64,000 bases of DNA from Octopus vulgaris (Eukaryota), in assembly GCA_951406725.2 (NCBI GenBank), contig OX597815.1, positions 168,640,001 through 168,704,000 on the forward strand, in the 5' to 3' direction. Below are positions 13,936-27,473 of this stretch, piece after piece. A program made the translations under genes and the position numbers. The notes under the pieces are model-generated. The model had not been told where the DNA came from. It ran no database searches and saw nothing but the letters and a program-made list of their open reading frames with translations. Every line of letters begins with the position of its first letter. The first letter of the stretch is position 1.

Positions 13936-15739
13936 TAGGCCTAATCAATTTTCCAGTATTTCCAATTGTTTTGTTATATACTTTAAAAGTACATTGCAAA
14001 ACAATTAAAAGTAAGTATTGGTGAAGACACAGTTATAACATCATTAAGAAGGTATCATAATAATGCTTATAATGCTTTGAGTTCTCAAAAAAAGTATAGT
14101 TTTAAAAGACTATTTTTCATGAGAAAAGGTCTTCTTTATTTTCAAAAGCTTAGGCATTATAATGTTTCTTTTACAAAGGAAATGTGTCCTATGAAGATTC
14201 TTGGTCAGTGACTCTTGAAAATTTATTTCTCAAATTCAGTTTCTCTCTTTCTATGATCCATTGACATTTGCAACAACAGAAATATCTGAGATAGACTATT
14301 TGGATAATCTTAGAATGTCAGTTGATCTGAAAATGTATAACATTTCTTTGGTTTTCCTTCAATCCTCTCTCCTTGTACAGTTTATGATTGCTATTGAAAA
14401 GTGGTTTCTCTTACAAAGTGGTGACAGTGAGTTTATACAAAGAAGTTTTTACTTAACGGATATAAATACATCTTTGCTTTATGGTTTGTATTGTGTTTGT
14501 TGTTAAAGTATTTATGGTTTGTATTAAACTACTAATATGCTCTGCATTCCCCATATAGATTATTTTCATCATCACCTTCATTTAGCCTCTGCATTTTCAA
14601 TCTTGCATGGGTCAGATAGAATTTATTGAGGTACATTTTTCTATGTCCAAATGCCCTTCCTGTCACCACTTCTCACCTGTAATCAACCAAGATCATGTTT
14701 CCCCATGGCCAAACCTGTTTTTCACAGAAGATGGGAAATGAACAACACCACTTGTAGGATGGTGATGCTCATTTACAACCATGGTGTCAAGACAAATATA
14801 CACACAAGCATATTCATTTATCGATATTGTATTAATAGTCAGAGGAAGGGAGGCAGCATTCATGACCATGGGAGGTTCTACTGGACTGATGAGATATAAT
14901 TAATAAATATTCAGTTTAAAATTTCTAATTGTTACAAAGCTTGTTTGTCTAAGCTTTCTTGATTGACAACAGGTTTTGTTAATACTCTCTGCTACAGAAA
15001 GAGCAACACTTCATTCAGTGTAGCACGGAGGAACAAATGAGAAAGAAAACAACAGATATACTTAACAAATTACTGTCCAATCATATGATCTCTGGGGGTC
15101 TTTGTTCTACTTGGATTGCTTTTGCAAAGATTTGAGGAAGTCTTGCATTCTTTATACTGTTATAATTTTGCCGGGTATTTGGTTTTACTTGTGTCACACT
15201 ATTAGCAGTATCTATGCTTTTTTATCTTCAAAAAATATGAAGACCTCACAAAAGTTTGGCAGAAAAGTAACTCTTTTTGAATGCATTTGATCTTTACACC
15301 CTTTTTGACATCCCATGAAAGTTTTGTAGCTTTGGAAGAAAGTTACCACCATATTTTACCTTCTGACTCAAGGTTGTTTGTATATACATCATCATCTAGT
15401 CTGCATTTTTTAAATAGTCAAGATAAGGTACTTGTTGGGTATTTGTACCCAACAATTGTTCTATCTATTAGTTTATTTTGCTTTTCTGTTTGTAGAAGTG
15501 CATTGCTTTATGATATGTTTCCTGATAATTTCAGACAGTTTTGCTACTTTCTATCTTGTAGTTGGAGATAAGCTTAGAAAGTAATTTCTTAGAGATCTCT
15601 CTTAGTGATATCTTTTTCTCTTATCCAATCTGCTAAAGCTAACTACTTAAAAATGGGTATTAAGAAATTAGAAACTATTTGAAGCTAAGTGAAGTAAAAT
15701 GTTACAAAGAATTCAGCTATTAAAATTTGTTTTATTTAA

Positions 15740-15959
15740 CCCTTTCGTTACCAAGCTGGCTGAAATCAGCTCTGGCTCTGAGTACAAATGTCTTGTTTTC
15801 ATAAGTTTTGAATTAAAATCTTCAACCAAACTTTAATCACAGTTTATGTTCCTAACACTAGCTGAATAATAACTGAGTTATTTTACTAAATTCTTTGTTA
15901 TATTTAACGTAATTGAAAGAAACGCAGAGCATCCCAAAATATATACAGTAACGAAAGGG
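15740..15959. mobile_element. piggyBac-type MITE, family A
   Basis: TTAA|ccctttcgttac...gtaacgaaaggg|TTAA: perfect 12-bp TIR and TTAA target duplication. Related decayed copies near 16216 and 43120-43374. Confidence 0.9.
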
Positions 15960-16296
15960 TTAAAGATGATTAAAAGATGATAATATACATTTGTTGGATA
16001 AAAATTAATTTGTTTGTAAATTTCTTGTGTATCATAAGAATTCAAGAACGGCTTCAAACATCAATTTTAGTACTTAAAATATTTCATTTTGTAACTGAAG
16101 CTTCTTGCCACTGGAAATTTGGAAAGTACAAAAATACAAGTTTTGTTTACAACTCTTGAAATTTTACTTCTGCCCTGCCATGTAGTTTACATGTGTGCAG
16201 AGTAAGTTATCTTAACCCTTTCAATACCAGTCAGCCAGAAATCACTTGTGCTTCTGTAATATAAACTCATTCATTTTAAAGTGATCATATTTAAAT

Positions 16297-17126
16297 GTCT
16301 ACAACTCTTTCCTGCAATCAGACCTAGACACAATGCAGCAATGGATCACAGACTGGCAACTGAAACTGGCTGTGGACAAGTGTACCACCATGCATTTTGG
16401 GAGAAAAAACCCTGCGTCCACATACTCCCTCCACAACACTGATATCAAGAAATCCTCTTGCGAGCGTGACCTAGGCATCACTGTCAGCAGTGATTTGCGT
16501 TGGACAAAGCATATCTCTAAAATTGTCAAGAAGGCCAAGGGTGTCTTGGCATCACTCAGCAAGACTTTTGTTAGCCGCTCTCCAGCCATCTATTTAAAAC
16601 TGTATACAGCTATGGTACGACCACACTTGGAATTCGCATCATCAGTTTGGAATCCCTATCTTGCTCAGAACATTGACCTCCTGGAATCTGTCCAGAGACG
16701 TGCAACCAAACGCATACCCTCCATCAGACACCTACCATATTCTGAGCGCCTTGTTTCCCTGGGCATGGATTCACTGAAGCTCCGGCGTCTAGCGACGGAC
16801 TTGGTAAACACCCACAAGGTTATCAACCACCTCACCAACAACAACACTGAACACCTTTTTGATCTCCATGTGTCTAACACACGTGGACATGCCTACAAAG
16901 TCAGAAAACAGCACAGCTCCCATGACTTTCGGAAACATTTTTTCACACTCAGGGTTGCTGAAGCGTGGAATAAACTGCCTGCATCAGTTGTTGACTGCCA
17001 TGACACTGCATCCTTTAAGGCCCTCATGCTTCCCGAAATCCGTCGAAACTACACCTGATTATATATACACTTTAGATGAGTTGTAGTGCACCTGAGCACT
17101 GTACACAATTATTATTATTATTATTA
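16297..17126 (+). mobile_element. 5'-truncated CR1-group LINE (post-RT C-terminal ORF2) with (TTA)n tail
   Basis: 241-aa open frame with KCTTMHFG, ERDLGITV..DL.W..HI, LY.AMVRPHLEFASSVWNPY, LESVQRRATK, TRGH, FF..RV..WN.LP; attattatt tail. Confidence 0.92.
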
Positions 17127-17285
17127 AATAAAAACTTTCCATGATAATTATATGTAAGAACCTTTAGTTACTTGAAACATCATCATAATTTTCAAGTTCG
17201 TTTATCCATGCTGTCATGAGCTGGAGTGAACTTTTTGCGAGTGATTTATGACTGGATGTCCCTCTTAATGTTAATTGCTTTTTAA

Positions 17286-17502
17286 CCTTTAGCATTTAAA
17301 CTGGTCATATCTTGCTCAAATATTCTACCTGTTTTATGTTCAAACTGGCCAGATCCTACCTCTCTCACCTACCCTACAATGTCATTCTAAAAATAAATAT
17401 TTGCATCATCAAAATTTTGAAGCTATGAAATAATGCATGATTAAGTCAAAACAATCTGAATAAATGGGTCTTACATTTGACAGTAATCTGAATGCTAAAG
17501 GG
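17286..17502. mobile_element. piggyBac-type MITE, family B (inverted relative to the others)
   Basis: TTAA|cctttagcatttaaac...aatctgaatgctaaaggg. Confidence 0.82.
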
Positions 17503-20500
17503 TTGAGTCACCTCTTGTTACATGCAGGAATACACAGTCCCTATTCCAAAAACCGGGATGCTCATGTTTAAAACATCCGCTTAATAATGAGAAAGTTATT
17601 TTACTCACTCATTGCATATATTTGATTATTTTCAATCTAAATTATAAACAAGTAGGCTTTCATTTCATTAGTAGTATACTCACAAAAAGGGTTATTGTGC
17701 TTCAAAAAAATTATTTTTATGGTGCATTCTGTAAAAGAAAGTGAACTTCTTCAATTTTACTAATCAGTATGGCTTAAGTTTTCTTGTGATTCTTTATAGT
17801 GCAACAAAATAGTATGCAAAGTAGGAGCTTGTCAAGTCTGTAAAAATACAAGATAAAGACATTATATTAGTGGTTGTTGGTACTTTATTGTTGACTGAAA
17901 AATGATTTGTTGTTTATGATTTTAAAACTTTTAATTGATTCAATGTCACCTATTCAAACTCATTCATCATTATGACTTATCAGTTAGATTGAGTATGGAA
18001 GTGTAAATTACTTCAATTATATTATGGACTCAGTCACTGACTGTTACTCATGTTTAGAGGGAGAGTGTAAATGGCAGATTGCCTTAGAAATCTTCTATAT
18101 TCACATTTTAAAACTGCATCAGATCAATTTTGATGCAATTAATATTGATATGTGAAAAAGTTGGGTGCAGGAACGACTGTATTAAGTTATAGCTTCAAAG
18201 CTATAACATTCCACATTCTGTCACTGGTTTTACTCTCAAAATGGTTCTGTCCACCTAAACTGTAAATTAGTACTGAGTTCTTGTATTCCTGTAGGAGAAA
18301 CCTGAACTTCAGAGAGTGGCAATGGCAAACCAACTTTGTGATGTACTAGGAGAGTTTTGTGGGTATGGTTCCAATGGGCCACCAGAAATTAAAATGTTTT
18401 GCAGTTGTAAACTTAAATGACTAATTCCATAAAAATCTCACCTCATCTTTGTGATGTGCATCATCAATATATTTCCATTCTGTACTTATTTTGAATCTTT
18501 ATTTCTTCCATTTTTTAGATGAAATAGGTATATTTAAAAATATGAAATGTTTCTTTCAATTTGATTTATACATTTTGAATACTGAAAACAAGAAATTTAA
18601 AGAACTAATTTCAGGTTACAAAGAGAGGATATTATTACATCTTGGTAGAAATATTTAAAATATATACTTAAACATAAGCATAAAAAGCAGTGCGAAGTGA
18701 CCAATACACTGCTTGTTTTCATACAACATGATTGCCTAGATTGTGAGCAAACTTGATCCTACATTGGCTTACATAGTCAAATGTGAATCCCCAAGTTTTA
18801 AATTTAGTGAACAATCATCCTTGTCTTTAGTGGTCGATTTATATGCAATTGACTAAACCTTTGAAAGTAATACCCTGACATAACTATAGTAAAAGAACTA
18901 AAACAATATTTGTTCTATAATATGAAGCTATATATTGTCTTAATAATACCATATGTATGAAGAATAAAGTAATCCATGTAGTAGCATGTTTGAAGTTATC
19001 AAAATGGCTCCAAAGTATACGATCTCAACTGAAATCCCTTCCTTGACAGTTTTCAAGTGATTGTATTCTGTAACATTCTTCTTGTTTTTATAGTGAAAAT
19101 GTAGCTATTTTACTCTGAGTAAACTCATTTTCTGCTGACTATCCTATACATATTAATGTCGCATACATTGTTGGACATTTCTAATTTCTTATATTAAATA
19201 CATGTAATGTGGAATTAAGGTTTTTCATTAAAAACTTCTGTTCTTAATACATAGAATTTACATATTTCTTATAAAAAGAAACCAGATTTTTAATTATTAT
19301 TTAGCTAGTACCAATAAACAAATTAGCTTTTCCACTTATAAGCGGAATAACTTGTATTGGGTTTCAGGTTTTATTTTTTGGTAGAGTGGCAGAATGATTG
19401 TGAAAATAGTCTTTCATTTACATGTAGTGTTTTGCTGAGAATTTAGGTTATGAGATTCATTCCACCACAGAACCCTGTGTTTTAAATTGATAAATATACT
19501 TATATTGAATTTTCGGTTTCTATGCTGTGTTTGAATTTGAGATAATTGTTATCTTCCTATGTAATGATATAGAATATCAAGGACATTTGATATTGGATAG
19601 TTCTGAATATTCTGATATTCTAGTCTTTTTTTTATTTTTATTTTTTTTTTTATGGTTTCTAAACACCTGCTGCTCAAGTTTGAAGATGGAAGTGGTACCC
19701 ATTCTTTAGTAAAGCAATAATGTTCTTTGCTCAGTAAAAGCTTAGGATTTTTGATTGCAACTACCTAGCTAAGCCAGTCACTGTGTATAGTCATTGCTAA
19801 ATTATTTTAAAAAATAGCACTTTGCATAAGTTTTTTGATCTTAGTTTGGAGTATATTTTTGTTTGGTTTTGAGATCTACTACCTAAACATTATAATTAGT
19901 AACTAATTATTTTGTTTAATATAGTATCTTGACTAAAGGTATAATATTAACCAAGTGAAGTCATTGCTTTTATGTAAAACTTAGAACAATGGTTTCTGTC
20001 ATTCTGCTTGTTTCTTGATTTCTCTTTATCTACTTTGTTTATTAGTTCCACAGTGAAAGGGTTTAAAGAAATTTCTTAAAAATGGTTTATTTTAATACTC
20101 TTTTTCCTTGTCTGAGTATATCTGAAATATGTATACTTGTTGTGCTAGTTTATTTGTGAAGTGTGATGCATAATTTTTTTGCTATGAATATAATGTTGAA
20201 TGATAATCATTGATATTTTATAGGAAATATTTTTTAATGTATTGATAGTTTATTTCTTCTCTCTTATATGTGTTGTTTGTATTTTTATTGTGGTGATATA
20301 GATTTAGAAATATAATTGCCTGGGAAGTTGTTTAGCCCAGGTCAGCTCAAGCAATACGAACCTATGGTCAAAGTTGTTTGAGCTGTAACCAGCTACCCTT
20401 TTTGTCAATCCAGTTTGTCCTTTCATTTTTAAGACAGGTTGTGATCAAGTTCTTATGAAAATTCCTTAACCAACATATAATATAACACTTGAAGAAGTCA

Positions 20501-20857
20501 CTGGGTGTCTATGTAAGGAAAGAAGGGTGTGATTTGAAAGAGATTTGGCCGCAATTTCTAACATGTCTGAGAGAAGCTTGTTGTCAGCTTGTTTTGCACA
20601 AGTTCTTTTGAGGTGGAAAGAATATAGAAGCTGTAAATTCATTCACCAAGGGTCATGTTGGTTGGGAGATGGCCTAGAGGTCACAGTCACATCTAATGTC
20701 TTGTGATTAAGAAAATGTAATATATCGGACTGAAGTTGCAATATATTTTGGATGTATAAATGTGTGTGTATGTATATGACTTATACTTTTCTTATCAATT
20801 TATTGCTTGAGACACTAAATTGGAAATAATACTTGATAACTTTGCTTTTATTTGTAG

Positions 20858-21003
20858 AACTTTAAAAATCACATGCGTGGTACCAAACATCGTTCTCGTA
20901 TGGATGATCTTGCTAATTTACATCAACAAAAGTCTTCACAGTTGTTTGTCCGGTTGAAAGCAGAAGAACATTTGCGAAATATTGAAAAAAGAGGTGGTGA
21001 TCT
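20858..21003 (+). CDS. Matrin-type ZnF gene exon; second half of finger 1 (NFKNHMRGTKHRSRMDDL...EKRGGD)
   Basis: tttgtag acceptor and CT|gtatgt donor; 146 nt, phase 0 to 2; HxxGxKH completes a C-x2-C-x12-H-x5-H U1/matrin finger. Confidence 0.9.
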
Positions 21004-21599
21004 GTATGTATATTTTCATTTATATGATATTTTTTTTTAATGATTGTCCTTTAAATATGTTTATTGATTTTATATTCAGTAGGGTTCCAATAAATAACTT
21101 TAAAAAAAAAATAGCATCTGCTTTAAATGATCTCTTTGCTTCAATATCATAATATTGAAGTTTAATGATAAGTTTAATACCAGATATTAATAAGTTTGAA
21201 CAAGTTCAATTCTATTAGACCATCTGCTACTCTTCTGTTAAGAGAATGTGTTTCTTGAACAATAGATATTGATTTCTTGTCACATAAACATCTAAGTTGG
21301 ATTAAATTATTTGACTATTCCTAAATCTAAGATTAGGTTGAAATAATTTATAGTTCAGTAATATCATGATTTTTATATTAACTAATTTTCCTTCATTCTG
21401 TAGATATTTATAGTAAAATGTATTTCATTATTGCTAATGCATTTGTGAGTTCATTTTGTTTGCCTGCTTATTAAACAAGAGAAGACTGTATATGTAAATA
21501 ATTTAATATTCTTTCTTCAACTTAATTGCCTCAAGTTGGTTGACTGTGTTTATTTATAAGGTGATATTTATTAGTGTTCATATATTTTTTCTGTTTCAG

Positions 21600-21681
21600 T
21601 TTAAAGAAACATTATTGCAGTGTTTGTGAACTCAATCTCAGTATTCCTTACAATAAACACAGACAGACTAAAGAACATCAG
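21600..21681 (+). CDS. Matrin-type ZnF gene exon; finger 2 (LKKHYCSVCELNLSIPYNKHRQTKEHQ)
   Basis: tgtttcag acceptor and CAG|gtattt donor; phase 2 to 0; YCxxC...H-x5-H. Confidence 0.9.
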
Positions 21682-22702
21682 GTATTTTTATTTTTTTTAT
21701 TTTTAAAGATTGTAATCAGTTTACTGTATTGGATTTATTAGTAAATAGATACAATGCTTTCTAGCTGATGGAAATTTAACTTTTTGTATGACATCTGAAA
21801 GAAAAAATCCAGAGTAAATAATTACATAGCAGAATATACTAGCTGCATATTAGAAGGAAAACAGTAAATTCAGTTTTATATTAGATCATTTTAAGGTCCT
21901 TTTTACAAAACATGTTAGTAAAATTAGGAATATTCTCTCTCTTCTCAGTTTCAATGGCACTTTGCTAAAGTTCACATTTAAAATCCAACAAATTGTATCT
22001 AATGTACACTGTTGTAGTTTAATGTAGTTGTTTGGTATTACATCTAAATAAAATGTAAAGTACCGCCATATATGCAAAGTTGTACTTTTTGCATGTTGGG
22101 AAAAATGCTTGGTACTGATTGAGTTAGTAGTTCTATCAATGATACCAACTCTTGGATTATGAAGCTGGTTATAAATTGTATAGTTCTTCCATTGGAATAC
22201 GAGTTTGTAAGCTATTCCAATACATCTAAAGTTCCAAAAGTAGAAAATACCATTTTTTAACACAGTATATCTACATTAAATTATGACAACTTTTACTTTA
22301 CTTCTCTAAGACAAGAATTGCACAATCAAAAAAATTAAAATGTTGATATATTATGTAGAGGAAAATGTCATAAATTATAGGGATGCTTTCAATAAGTTGA
22401 GCTCAAAATATGATTTTTTTCCTGGTTGAAATCACTTCAATTCATCATGAAAGGTATACGCTAATTTCTCCTGTAAATGTGAGGCCTTATGTATACACAC
22501 ACACACACACATATATAAAGTTATCATTTGAACTACTGATGAACTATTATATGTAATAATCTAGTGTTGTAAAACTATTTTGGTGTAAAAAAAATTGCAT
22601 GTATTTATTCTCTTGTGAGCTCGTCAGTTAATCAAAATTCTAATTAAAAATACAAATTTGTGATTTTTGTTTTATTTTGGAATTTTATGTTTATTTCTTC
22701 AG

Positions 22703-22753
22703 CAACGTGTCCTTGAAGTATATGGCAACAATAAAGTCAGTTCTGGGCTTCAG
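22703..22753 (+). CDS. Matrin-type ZnF gene small exon (QRVLEVYGNNKVSSGLQ)
   Basis: ttcttcag acceptor and CAG|gttagt donor; 51 nt, phase 0-0. Confidence 0.75.
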
Positions 22754-23774
22754 GTTAGTATAGAATTTCTACCACATCTACATTGCTATAATATAAAAAT
22801 CCTGAAAAGTTAAGGTAATGAAAACTCATTGATTCTGGAGGATTCTTGTTATTTCCCTAAATCTCATAATTAACATTGGTATGTATTGTAGTGAATTTCT
22901 AAATTGTGAAAATTAACTATTATAGGATTAAGTTATTTTGATACTTGTCCTAATTTATAGGATCTTCTCATCAGTAGTTAACCTATCTGGATTTTTTTTT
23001 TTTTTTTTTCTATTGTAATTTGAATAGAGAAACAACTGCTAGAACTGGCTAAGATGCATGAAACACAACCAAATGTTTCTAAAATTTATCCACTATCTAA
23101 ACACTATTGAACACAAACAGATGTATTGGCATTGTTGCTGTAACTGACAGATGTAACTTCTTCAGCACTTCATTGCTTTTGCAACAATTGAACAGCTGCA
23201 ATGTCTGAAGCTTGATTTGTTTTTTTAAGACCATCCCACAATATTAATCACATGAAGGAGTTGGGGTGTTGTAATTTGGACTGCATTGGTGTAGAAGAAA
23301 ATCTTGTGCAAAGAAACAATTCAGAAAAGATTGCTCATTAGTCATTTATAATTTAACCTGCCTTTATTTTTTGTTGGTGGTAATGTGAAGACAAATACCT
23401 ATTGAAAATGATTTCAAGTTCTTTCTTAAAACTAGAATATAACCAGTATTATAAAGGATTTCTTCACAAATATTCTCTACCTTTTCATCAATTTTGAAAT
23501 GGGTTTCATGGTCATCCGCTTTTGTTGTTGATTAAAAATTCAAAGAAAGCATAATTCAGTTAAATAAGATGTACAAATCATGAACTTAAACTGGTAGGGA
23601 TATTCTGGTGGTAAGCTTGATTGGTTTATAGCGATGGTTTAAAGACAGTTTATGAATTAGCTAAAAGGTATTGTTGTTTACATAAACTTCATGATCTTAG
23701 ACTAACATTAAACATGTTGATGGTATTGAATGTGTCTTATAATTCCTGTTTGTGTTTTACTTTTTTTTTTATAG

Positions 23775-23838
23775 AGAAAGGGTCATAAGATGGAAGAATA
23801 TTCTGAGGTACCAGAATATGAAGAAAACAAAACATATG
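23775..23838 (+). CDS. Matrin-type ZnF gene exon (RKGHKMEEYSEVPEYEENKTYG)
   Basis: Poly-T atag acceptor and G|gtgatt donor; phase 0 to 1. PxYxxNxxxG resembles the linker before the Matrin-3-type C-terminal finger. Confidence 0.85.
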
Positions 23839-24825
23839 GTGATTATTCTTTATTGATTTGGTTCTGTTTAATGAAATTTTCCAAGAATGACATTTTAATC
23901 AAGTTTTCAAGCATAACATTTTGAGATAATAATATTGTCAGTCCTAGTGAGCATTAACAAACCCAAATTTATACATCCTTAATCCATGCAAACTTATTTT
24001 TAAGAAAAGCAATGATTCAATGACAAATATAATTGTTGGGAAATTTTTATAATTCAATTGATTAAAAGAAAATGCTATTTTTGGTACAAATGTAAGGGGG
24101 GGGAGTGATCATAATGTTTCAATGTCTGATTTTTTCTTATGACAAGAGTTGCATTGGTTTGCAATCCAGCATATTACCATTCATTTCAGTTTTTTACCAT
24201 CTCTTCTATAATTATATCTTGATCTGACCCTTGTTTTAGGTACCTTTCATTGAAAGCATTTTTCTATTTAGCATTCATTGTCCAATCACATTGCATGACC
24301 ATGCCAGCAATTAATTTTTCTGCATATTTTAGCACCCAACCTCTCTCTCAGCTCTCTTATAATCTTTCATTCAGGTTAACATTACTCCCAACAGGTCGTG
24401 TTCATCTCATTTCCTTCCTATCTCCATTTGTTTTCCACATTAATGTCTATGTTTCTCTACTCTGTAGCATCATATTTCTTACATATTTTTCATATAAAGA
24501 GAGAAACCTTTTGTTGCTAATAGACTTTCAAACAACTCTTAGATGCTGCTTCTAACTCTTTCTACTATATCAGATTGAGGTAACAGAGACTATCAACTTC
24601 ATCTAATGATTGATCATACCAGTTTCCTTGATGACTTTATGGTTTATGTAGTTATAAGAATATATTTGACTGTCCAAATAATTACCCATCTGACTTGACT
24701 ACATTCATAATAACAATTCTTAAAAACATACAAACTAAAGCACTTTGCTCAGCAGTTATAAGACGGAGTCATGTGCTGCATTTCAAACATTTAATTTCAT
24801 AATGTTTTTTTTTCCTCCTTTATAG

Positions 24826-24947
24826 GTCAGAATTATATTATTGCTGTATCTGGTTATTTTTGCAAGTTATGTCATAAATTCTATAATAATGAGAATGCTG
24901 CGAAAAACACCCATTGCCAATCAAAGAGTCACTTCGAAAAATTTGAG
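24826..24947 (+). CDS. Matrin-type ZnF gene exon; C-terminal matrin finger (GQNYIIAVSGYFCKLCHKFYNNENAAKNTHCQSKSHFEKFE)
   Basis: ctttatag acceptor and GAG|gtaaag donor; GYFCKLC.KFY.NE..AKNTHC.S..H matches the Matrin-3/ZNF638/RBM20/CIZ1/PEP finger as recalled. Confidence 0.93.
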
Positions 24948-26357
24948 GTAAAGCAAAAAATATTTTCTGATGTCATTTGATTTATTCTCTCTTTTATAAA
25001 CAGTGAAGATGTCCACATGAAGTAAAAATGAATTTTCAGAGAACTGAATTTATACAGTTCTTGCTGCTATTTTCTTTTTTTAACCATGCATGTTTTTTAT
25101 GACTAAATCTCTTTCCCATTCTGAGTAGACTGTGGAATCTAAAGATAGGTTTATGTGTTTTCAGTTAAAGCATTGTATAAAAGTTTGTTTAAATAGTTAT
25201 TGTGAAAGTGAATTATTTCTCTCTCTACAGGAAGAAGGGAATCTTTAGTCCTACTGAGGAAATGGTAACCTCTATTGTGTTGGTACCATGATAAATATGC
25301 ATTCAGAATATTCTGTAAAGGGAGTGGCAATAGGAAATGCATTCAGCCATAGAAACTGTCAGAAATGTCATGTATGGATGTGTTGATCCTTGATGCACCT
25401 AACAGAGTGGGTGGTAACCTCAAATGAAATCTGACTTGTGCTGTAACCATCAGTTCAAGCCCTGTTAGTGTATAGAAATGCAGACACAAAGATGCATTCA
25501 TTTTTACCAGTATTTGTTGTTCGATATATAGCCAAATATATTAAATTTTAACTTTGCAAATGATCATAAAGGAAGAAGCCACATAATTTGTTTGGTAATT
25601 TTGAATCTGCATAATTTATTATAATTACAGCATGTCATCAACAGCTTTTGTCCATTTTCCCTAGTTGAACGAGTCATCACTCATTACAGTCTGCACCTTC
25701 TTGTACACATAGCAACAGAGAAAACTGTCCAATTTCATTGCTTGGTCTATCTTTTATTGAGAGCTGGCTGGATTTTATCTTTATTGTGATACTGGCTATG
25801 AAAAGGCTGTTTCCAGTAGGACTACTGCTGTGTCCCCTCTACCCTGTTTCAGTTCTTATTCAGAGCTGCTGACCTCTTAGACCTGTAGACTTCATATCTC
25901 ATTTTTATGTTCCATTTATATGTATGTCAGTGTCTGTGTGTGTGTCTGATTATGACATTAAACTGCATCCAGTGGTTAGGCTCCAATTTTAGAGTTGTGG
26001 TAAGTGTGGTACCATCACTCCCAAGTCTGTTCTGACTTGTCCAGGTCCCATCTACAGGTTAAATAAATTTCTCAGGAGTAGAGGAGGATTCCATTATTTC
26101 TGACAAAGCCATGGAGGAAGGTATCAGAGAAAGATACTTTTACATAAAATTTGCAGTGAAAATAGTACCGGTCATCTTGCAATGCTTGTTGCTGGAACCT
26201 ACCATGGAAACTGAGGGAGCGGCAGAAGTGTTGTACCATCTTTTGTCACTTAAATCTAATGATGTACAGATGTCTCACTATTCGTTAATGAAAGTAAATC
26301 AAGACAATCAGGCTGAATGTAAGACAGCTATCATATGACAAGATGAAGCAGATGAAG

Positions 26358-26388
<31 letters not shown>

Positions 26389-26393
<5 letters not shown>

Positions 26394-26793
26394 GAAATAT
26401 TAAAATTACTAAGTCTCTCTAAAAGAGAACAGCGGCAGCGTTCCCGGAAAATAATAGTTATCGCCATACTAATATGGCATTCTTATAAAAATAAGAAAAA
26501 AGCTGTCCGCTTATTAGCTCCATGAGGCCATCGCCTTAAGTTAGCTATTTGATACACAAACTGTATCCATATAACCTTCGAACAAGGGAGGTCAGTCACT
26601 CCACACTACTTGACCGGCAGCTACAGACGCGTTTCGGGGTATTGCCCCTTTTCAATGCAGCGTAGCCAGCCAGTAGGTGTCGCTTCTGACAATCTCTGTT
26701 CGATGGTTTTATTTACCTAGTTTCGGTGGAATACATCCACTTGTTTTCAATAATAGAAATATTAAAATTACTAAGTCTCTCTAAAAGAGAACA
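26389..26793 (-). mobile_element. Non-autonomous hammerhead-containing retroelement (retrozyme / Penelope pseudo-LTR-like)
   Basis: Exact 43-bp direct repeat at 26389-26431 and 26751-26793 (offset 362), internal hammerhead, abuts (TA)n. Confidence 0.7.
26620..26661 (-). ncRNA. Type I minimal hammerhead ribozyme, U3-A8 core variant
   Basis: Minus strand reads GCUGCA-UUGAAAA-GGGG(CAAUA)CCCC-GAAA-CGCG-UC^-UGUAGC: 6-bp stem I, 4-bp stem II, palindromic ACGCGU stem III, GUC triplet. Confidence 0.8.
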
Positions 26794-27473
26794 ATGGTTG
26801 TGTTGTTAAGAAGTTTGTTGCCCAGCCATGTGCTTTTTGGGTTTGGTTTTACTATGTGGCCCCTTGAGCAGTTGTCTTCTTGGGTTAACCAAAGGTCTTT
26901 GTAAGTGAATTTGGTTGATGGAAATTTGTATGTCTCTTTGCATGTATGTGTCTATTTGTTTAAATTTGCACTCTATAAAAATTGTTTGCTACAAGCAGTG
27001 TCATTGTTGCCACTTCTGCTGTCAGCAAATCATCTGCATATTTCATGCCTTTGAAATCATGAGAAATAAGAGATCCTTTACTTGAAAAACAAGTGAATGT
27101 TAGCAACAGGAAGGGCACCGACTATAAAACCCAATATATATGTCTAACCTGTGTTAGCCTGGGAAAACAGACATAAAAATGAATAATGGGTATATATTAG
27201 TCATTATCACATGACTGATCTACAGCAGGATGCTTTTCCTGTTGCCAACCCTCACCTATTTCCCAATATAATATTTTCCTGTGACAAGACATGCCTTGGA
27301 AAATTGGAAACAAAGGACATCTTGCACGACAATTATGCAACATCGAGGTTAGGACAGAATTAATATAATGACCAGCATGGTTTAGAGATTTTGAATTGAG
27401 ATATTATTCCAATTACTGTAGAGAAAAGATTTGCAAAATATTTAGGCAATGTTGTTTTTTCTTCTGTTTTCAG

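Noticed and set aside
13356-13999. C/V/Y/H/T-rich ORFs
   Set aside because: They are products of low-complexity TG/TA sequence.
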